This document shows, in pieces, positions 40,646 through 45,554 of a DNA stretch of 45,554 nt; within the stretch, counting starts at the first letter, position 1, and each line of letters starts with the position of its first letter. A program made the translations under genes and the position numbers. The notes below the pieces were generated by a model, which made no database searches, had not been told where the DNA came from, and worked only from the letters and a program-made list of their open reading frames with translations. The DNA comes from an uncultured Selenomonas sp. (GTDB lineage: Bacteria > Bacillota > Negativicutes > Selenomonadales > Selenomonadaceae): assembly GCA_963551125.1 (NCBI GenBank), contig CAUVFG010000001.1, forward strand, positions 1 to 45,554, read 5' to 3'.

Positions 40646-40742
40646 AAAAAGGAATCAAAGGCGATCTGCGCGTCGGCGTCTCTGAAGAGGCGCGGGCGTA
40701 TTTCTTTTGTTGTACATCTGTCATGGGGGAGAGGAACCTGTT

Positions 40743-41465
40743 ATGTTCGCGAGGCTGAGGCGCGATATCCGCGTTGTCTTTGAGCGCGACCCTGCGGCGC
40801 GCAGTACGATTGAGGTGCTGCTCTGCTACGGCGGTCTGCACGCGATCTGGCTGTACCGCATCGCACACGCGCTCTATGTGCGCGGCTGGGTGCTCCTCCC
40901 GCGTCTGATCTCGAACTTCGGACGGTTCTTGACGGGCATCGAGATCCATCCCGGCGCAACGATTGGTGAAGGGCTCTTCATCGACCACGGCACGGGCATC
41001 GTCATCGGCGAGACGGCGGAGCTCGGGCGCAATGTCACGCTCTATCAGGGGGTGACGCTCGGCGGCACGGGCAAGGAGAAGGGCAAGCGCCATCCGACGC
41101 TCGGCAACAATGTCGTTGTCGCCTCGGGTGCAAAGGTGCTCGGCTCGTTCACCGTCGGCGATCATGCGAAGATCGGCGCGGGCTCGGTTGTGCTGAGACC
41201 CGTGCCCGCGCACGCGACTGTGGTCGGCATCCCGGGGCGCATTGTCATGATGAACGGACAGCGCGTACGTACGGAGGCCGATTTTCACAGGGCGCGTGAA
41301 CTCTCACTCGAATGTGAGGAAAGCGCGGAGGAGCTTGCAAGTGAGCTGGATGTCGACCTCGATCACGATATGCTGCCCGATCCCGAGGCAGAGATGATCG
41401 AGCAGATGCGGCAGGAGATCGAGGCGCTGAAGAAACGCCTCTCTGAACTGGAACAACGAGCATAG
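40743..41465 (+). CDS. cysE: Serine O-acetyltransferase
   Basis: [55 protein letters not shown]. Start reassigned to ATG 40743. Confidence 0.95.
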   Translation: MFARLRRDIRVVFERDPAARSTIEVLLCYGGLHAIWLYRIAHALYVRGWVLLPRLISNFGRFLTGIEIHPGATIGEGLFIDHGTGIVIGETAELGRNVTLYQGVTLGGTGKEKGKRHPTLGNNVVVASGAKVLGSFTVGDHAKIGAGSVVLRPVPAHATVVGIPGRIVMMNGQRVRTEADFHRARELSLECEESAEELASELDVDLDHDMLPDPEAEMIEQMRQEIEALKKRLSELEQRA

Positions 41466-41475
41466 GGGGAGTATC

Positions 41476-42903
41476 ATGCTTACCGTTTACAATACAATGA
41501 CGCGGAAAAAGGAAGAGTTTCACCCGCTGCATGCGGGCGAGGTCAGCATCTACTGCTGCGGCGTGACGCCGTACAACGATCCGCATATCGGGAACGCGCG
41601 TCCCTTCGTCACATGGGATGTCATCCGCCGCTATCTGGCGCGCAAGGGCTATCGTGTGCGCTACATCCAGAACTTCACGGATGTGGACGATAAGATCATC
41701 AATGCCGCGAACCGTGAGGGCGTGACGTGGAAGGAGATCTCCGACCGCTATATCGCTGCGTATTTCAAGGCGATGGACGCGCTGAACGTGCGCCGTGCCG
41801 ATGTGTTCCCGCGCGTCTCCGAGACGATGGAGGACATCATCCGCATGATTGAGACGCTGATCGCGCGCGGCTATGCGTACGTGACCGAGGTAGGAGATGT
41901 CTACTACCGCGTGGAGGCGTTCGCACATTATGGTCGTCTCAGTGGGCGCAGCCTCGACGATATGGAAGCGGGCGCGCGCGTCGAGGTCAACGCGGCGAAG
42001 GAGCATCCGATGGACTTTGCTCTCTGGAAGGCGGCAAAGCCCGGTGAACCCTCGTGGGAGAGTCCGTGGGGGGCAGGGCGTCCCGGCTGGCACATCGAGT
42101 GCTCGGCAATGTCCGTGAAATACCTCGGCGAGGTGTTTGACTTCCACGGCGGCGGCAACGATCTCATCTTCCCGCATCACGAGAACGAGATCGCACAGGC
42201 GGAGCCGTGCATCGACGGCGACGAGAAATTTGCACGCTATTGGCTGCACAACGGCTTTATCACGATTGACAACGAGAAGATGTCGAAGTCGAAGAACAAC
42301 TTCTTCACAGTCAAGGACATCCTCAAGGAGTTCCCGGGTGAGGTCATTCGCTTCTTCATCCTGCAAACGCATTACCGCAGCCCGCTCGATTTCAGCGACG
42401 AGCGTCTGCGTGAGGCGCAGACAGCGCTCGACCGTCTGCGCAAGGCAAATGAGGTCGTCGCAGAACTCTCCGCTCGCGAGGGCGCGTCGGATACTGCGGC
42501 GGAACTTGCGGCGCAGGCGGAGACTTTCCTGCGCGACTTCGATGCGGCGATGGACGACGACTTCAATACAGCGCTTGCCATCAGTCAGATGTTCGGCCTT
42601 GCAAAGGAGATCAACCGCTACCATCAGGAGGTTGAGCGCGGCGCTGCGTTTGATGCGGCGAACTTCGGGAAGGCGGCGGACGCCTATCATGCGATGGCGG
42701 AGATCATCGGCATCTTTGAGCAGGAAGAAGCAGCGGCGGACGACGGGCTCACGGATGCCCTCATGGAGCTCATCATCGGGATTCGGCAGGAGGCACGCGC
42801 GGCAAAGAATTGGGCGGTTGCGGACAAGATTCGCGACGGGCTCAAGGAGGCGGGCGTCGTACTCGAGGACACGCCGACGGGCGTGCGCTGGAAAAGGGCT
42901 TGA
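41476..42903 (+). CDS. cysS: Cysteine-tRNA ligase
   Basis: CGVTPY..HIGNAR, NFTDVDDKII, GRPGWHIECSAM, DLIFPHHENE, KMSKS. Confidence 0.97.
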   Translation: MLTVYNTMTRKKEEFHPLHAGEVSIYCCGVTPYNDPHIGNARPFVTWDVIRRYLARKGYRVRYIQNFTDVDDKIINAANREGVTWKEISDRYIAAYFKAMDALNVRRADVFPRVSETMEDIIRMIETLIARGYAYVTEVGDVYYRVEAFAHYGRLSGRSLDDMEAGARVEVNAAKEHPMDFALWKAAKPGEPSWESPWGAGRPGWHIECSAMSVKYLGEVFDFHGGGNDLIFPHHENEIAQAEPCIDGDEKFARYWLHNGFITIDNEKMSKSKNNFFTVKDILKEFPGEVIRFFILQTHYRSPLDFSDERLREAQTALDRLRKANEVVAELSAREGASDTAAELAAQAETFLRDFDAAMDDDFNTALAISQMFGLAKEINRYHQEVERGAAFDAANFGKAADAYHAMAEIIGIFEQEEAAADDGLTDALMELIIGIRQEARAAKNWAVADKIRDGLKEAGVVLEDTPTGVRWKRA

Positions 42904-42909
42904 CCGCGC

Positions 42910-43404
42910 ATGAAGTTTGAACGGTTTCAGCAGCTTGTACGTATGATGTTCCTGTCCGATGAGGCGGGCAATATCCGCACACGCTATGAGAACGTGGATG
43001 CGGCGAATATACATCCGCTTGTTCTCGCATACATAGGCGATGCCTACTTTCACCTCTATGTGCGCCTGCGCCTCCTCTCGTACGAACAGGCACAGGTGCA
43101 GGCACTCCATGCGTTCAGCGCACAGATTGTCTCCGCACTCTGGCAGGCGCGCGCCTATCGCGGCATTTCGGAGATGCTCACGGAGGAGGAGCAGAAGATC
43201 TATCGCCGTGCGCGCAATACGAAGAGCCACGCGCCGCGCAGCGCGTCCGTTGCGGACTACCATACGAGTACGGGATTTGAGGCACTGCTTGGAAGTCTTT
43301 ACATCCGTGAGGAAAAGGAACGCCTTGAGGAGATTACGGAGGCGGCATTTCAGGTCATTGCCAAAGAGATGATGAATCAGCAGGAGCAAACACATGGAAA
43401 TTAA
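42910..43404 (+). CDS. mrnC: Mini-ribonuclease III
   Basis: LAYIGDA, V.A..QA, LTEEE..IYRRARN, Y..STGFEALLG.LY; conserved position after cysS. Confidence 0.9.
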   Translation: MKFERFQQLVRMMFLSDEAGNIRTRYENVDAANIHPLVLAYIGDAYFHLYVRLRLLSYEQAQVQALHAFSAQIVSALWQARAYRGISEMLTEEEQKIYRRARNTKSHAPRSASVADYHTSTGFEALLGSLYIREEKERLEEITEAAFQVIAKEMMNQQEQTHGN

Positions 43405-44032
43405 ACTGATTGCAAAGACACCGAACTATCTAAAGACCTGCTGGACGGCGGCGCGGACGTGCTACAGTGCGGATTCGCCGATCGAACTGCTCGCCGAGGA
43501 GAAGACGGACGAGGAGATGCTGCGCCTCCTCGAACGCATCATGACGAGCAAGCATCTCTCGGTGGTGGAGCACTGCTCCATGACGTTCGCGGTCAAAGAC
43601 GTGTCACGCACCCTGCTCGCGCAGTACAGCCGCCATCGCATCGGCGTGTCTCTCAGCGTGCAGAGTCAGCGTTATGTCTCCGAGCAGTCTGCAAAGCAGG
43701 CGGACGGGCTCTTCGGTCACGTCGTTCCGGAAACCATCGCTGCAAATGAGGAGGCATATGCGCGCTATATGGCGTGCATGCGCGAGATACAGACGGCGTA
43801 CGACGATCTGCTTGCACTTGGCGTGGCCAAGCAGGATGCGCGCTTCGTCCTGCCGGGCGGTGCGTGTACGAATTTCGTCACGACGCTCAACCTGCGCTCC
43901 TTTATGGATGTGTATGAGAAACGCGTTCTGACACCCGGCGCACAGTGGGAGATCAAGGAGATGATGCTCCGTATGCGCGACCTCATTGTGGCGGCGGAAC
44001 CGTGGCTGGAGCGATTCATTCCGCGTGGATGA
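43394..44032 (+). CDS. thyX: FAD-dependent thymidylate synthase
   Basis: AARTCYS, H.SVVEH, SR....Q.SRHR....SVQSQRYV (ThyX motif), DARFVLP, NLRS, AQWEI. Confidence 0.92.
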   Translation: MEIKLIAKTPNYLKTCWTAARTCYSADSPIELLAEEKTDEEMLRLLERIMTSKHLSVVEHCSMTFAVKDVSRTLLAQYSRHRIGVSLSVQSQRYVSEQSAKQADGLFGHVVPETIAANEEAYARYMACMREIQTAYDDLLALGVAKQDARFVLPGGACTNFVTTLNLRSFMDVYEKRVLTPGAQWEIKEMMLRMRDLIVAAEPWLERFIPRG

Positions 44033-44065
44033 TGTCGGATGAAGAAGCGACGAGAGGGGAACGCA

Positions 44066-44932
44066 ATGAAGGCAAAGGCAGAGCGCACGGATAAGCGGAC
44101 AGAAAAACGCGGTGAAAAACGCGTCGAGAAGCACGAGAAACACGGCGAGAAAATTGCAGAGACGCGCACGGCGGAGCAGCCCGCGCATATCCTTACCGGA
44201 CGTCATGCCATTGTCGAGGCGATCAAGGCGGGGCGGGGCATCAACCGCATCCTGCTTGCGGATGGTCTGCATGGCGGATCTGTGCATGAGCTGCGCGATC
44301 TTGCACGTGAGCACGGCATTACGGTGGATACCGTTGGACGGGCGAAGCTGGATGCCGCCGTACCCGAGGGCGTCCGCCATCAGGGCGCACTCGCCTACGT
44401 TGCGCCTGTTGCCTACGTCGCTGTCGAGGAGATCATTGCGGCGGCACGGGCGCGCGGCGAGGATCCGCTGCTGCTTCTCCTCGACGGCATCGAGGATCCG
44501 CAGAACCTCGGTGCGCTGCTGCGCACGGCGGATGCGGCGGGGGTGCATGGCATCCTCCTGCCGCGTCGTCACAGCGTCCCGCTCACGGAGACCGTCGCAC
44601 GCGTTTCGGCGGGTGCGCTCGCATACGTTCCCGTCGCACGCATCGGCAACATCGCACAGACCATGCGCGCGCTCAAGGAGCAGGGCTTTTGGATTGCGGG
44701 CGCGGATATGTCCGGTGAGGAGACCTATGACCGCGCGAATCTCACGGGTGCACTCGTGCTCGTCATCGGCAGCGAGGGGCGCGGCATGAGCCGTCTCACG
44801 CGCGATCTCTGCGACTTTACCGTACGCCTGCCGATGCACGGCAAGATCAACTCGCTCAACGCTTCGGTTGCGGGCGCAATCCTGATGTACGAAGCACTGC
44901 GTCAGCGCACGGCGAAGGTGCAGCATGGCTAG
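44066..44932 (+). CDS. rlmB: 23S rRNA Gm2251 2'-O-methyltransferase
   Basis: GRHAIVEA, HQG, LDGIEDPQNLGALLRTA, SAGA, IGSEGRG, SLNASVA. Start 44066 after GAGGGG (alternative 44039). Charged EK-repeat N-terminus. Confidence 0.93.
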   Translation: MKAKAERTDKRTEKRGEKRVEKHEKHGEKIAETRTAEQPAHILTGRHAIVEAIKAGRGINRILLADGLHGGSVHELRDLAREHGITVDTVGRAKLDAAVPEGVRHQGALAYVAPVAYVAVEEIIAAARARGEDPLLLLLDGIEDPQNLGALLRTADAAGVHGILLPRRHSVPLTETVARVSAGALAYVPVARIGNIAQTMRALKEQGFWIAGADMSGEETYDRANLTGALVLVIGSEGRGMSRLTRDLCDFTVRLPMHGKINSLNASVAGAILMYEALRQRTAKVQHG

Positions 44933-45458
44933 GCAGCGGGCGTCCGAATACTACCTCGTCGACGGATACAATGTCATCAACGCGTGGCCGGAGCTTATGC
45001 GCCTGCGCGGCAATCTCGACGAAGCGCGCGATGTCCTCGTGCACATTCTCACGGAGTACGGTGCGTTTGAGAACTACGAAATGACCGTCGTCTTCGATGC
45101 GTTCTTCACCGAGGACGAGGAGCACGAACTTCAAATCACTGACCGCATGAAGGTGATCTACACGGGGGCAGGTGAGACCGCAGACAGCTGCATTGAGCGC
45201 CTTGCGTATACGGCGGTGCGCGCCGGCCGCGAGGTACACGTCGTCACCTCGGACGGCGCAGAGCAAAGCGTCATCCTCGGTGCGGGAGCATACCGCATCA
45301 CCTCGCCCGAGCTGCGCCGCTCCGTGAAAAAGGCGAAGAAGCAGATGAAGGCGGAGTTCATGAATCCGCACATACAGCCGCTTGCACGCAGCGAACTGCA
45401 CGAGCGCATCGACCGCGATACGCTTGCGCGGCTTGAGGAGCTGCGGCGTGGAAAATAG
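44925..45458 (+). CDS. rae1: NYN-domain ribonuclease YacP/Rae1
   Basis: LVDGYNVI.AW, VVFDA, ETADSCIERL, VVTSD; conserved position after rlmB. Confidence 0.88.
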   Translation: MARQRASEYYLVDGYNVINAWPELMRLRGNLDEARDVLVHILTEYGAFENYEMTVVFDAFFTEDEEHELQITDRMKVIYTGAGETADSCIERLAYTAVRAGREVHVVTSDGAEQSVILGAGAYRITSPELRRSVKKAKKQMKAEFMNPHIQPLARSELHERIDRDTLARLEELRRGK

Positions 45459-45464
45459 AAAAGC

Positions 45465-45503
45465 AAAACCTCTTTGAGCCAAGAACGGTTCAAAGAGGTT
45501 TTT
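45465..45503 (+). terminator. Intrinsic terminator after yacP/rae1
   Basis: AAAACCTCTTTGAGCC-AAGAAC-GGTTCAAAGAGGTTTTT. Confidence 0.85.
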
Positions 45504-45509
45504 CGTATG

Positions 45510-45554
45510 GTGCGCCCGGCGGCGCACGTTTCTAACCGATGAAAGATCGGAGTC
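45510..45554 (+). mobile_element. Probable 5' end of a group IIC intron (truncated by the window edge)
   Basis: Begins GTGCGCCCGGC (GUGYG 5' consensus) six nt after a terminator. Continues TCTA-ACCGA-TGAAAG-ATCGG, resembling the class C domain I start (TCTA..GGGTGAAAGTCCC). Confidence 0.6.

Noticed and set aside
43394..44032. thyX inserted between mrnC and rlmB
   Set aside because: To my knowledge this arrangement also occurs in other anaerobic Firmicutes, so it is not novel.
44066..44180. EK-rich repeats at the RlmB N-terminus
   Set aside because: A variable charged low-complexity tail, common on RNA methyltransferases; no evidence of a distinct function.
45506..45522. TATGGTGCGCCCGGCGG matches the reverse complement of the tRNA-Arg 3' end region (16/17) and could be an att-site duplication of an integrated island
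   Set aside because: The position just after a terminator, the GTGCG start and the following TCTA/GAAAG hairpin fit a group IIC intron better. It is also inverted relative to the tRNA and the intervening genes are core. Not fully excluded without downstream sequence.

Overview
A GC-rich chromosomal segment that is mostly housekeeping genes. Firmicutes-type gene order (pcrA-ligA, addBA, ispE-glmU-prs, cysE-cysS-mrnC-rlmB-yacP) together with a TonB-dependent outer-membrane receptor points to a diderm Firmicute (Negativicutes, Selenomonas-like; inferred). In order, it contains: a 5'-truncated FliK/YlqG-like gene, an FlhB-C-like gene, yraN, CBS-pyrophosphatase, a ~16.5 kb DNA-repair run (pcrA-ligA-deoC-sbcD-sbcC-addB-addA), a metal/cofactor uptake islet, HIT, a small Cys-motif protein, priA, ispE, GntR, glmU, prs, a MITE-like palindrome, a TrxB-like reductase, Crp/Fnr, a membrane protein, tRNA-Arg(CCG), a divergent Hsp70-fold ATPase, ComFB, cysE-cysS-mrnC-thyX-rlmB-yacP, and the 5' end of a probable group IIC intron at the right edge. 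The most interesting signal is at 20857-26948. There a molybdenum-cofactor (Moco) riboswitch with a complete promoter and terminator/antiterminator sits on a TonB-dependent receptor, next to DUF364 and a MolABC-like type II ABC importer. This is a candidate pathway for importing Moco, a pterin or a Mo/W chelate across two membranes. All family assignments come from motif recognition by eye; no searches were run.
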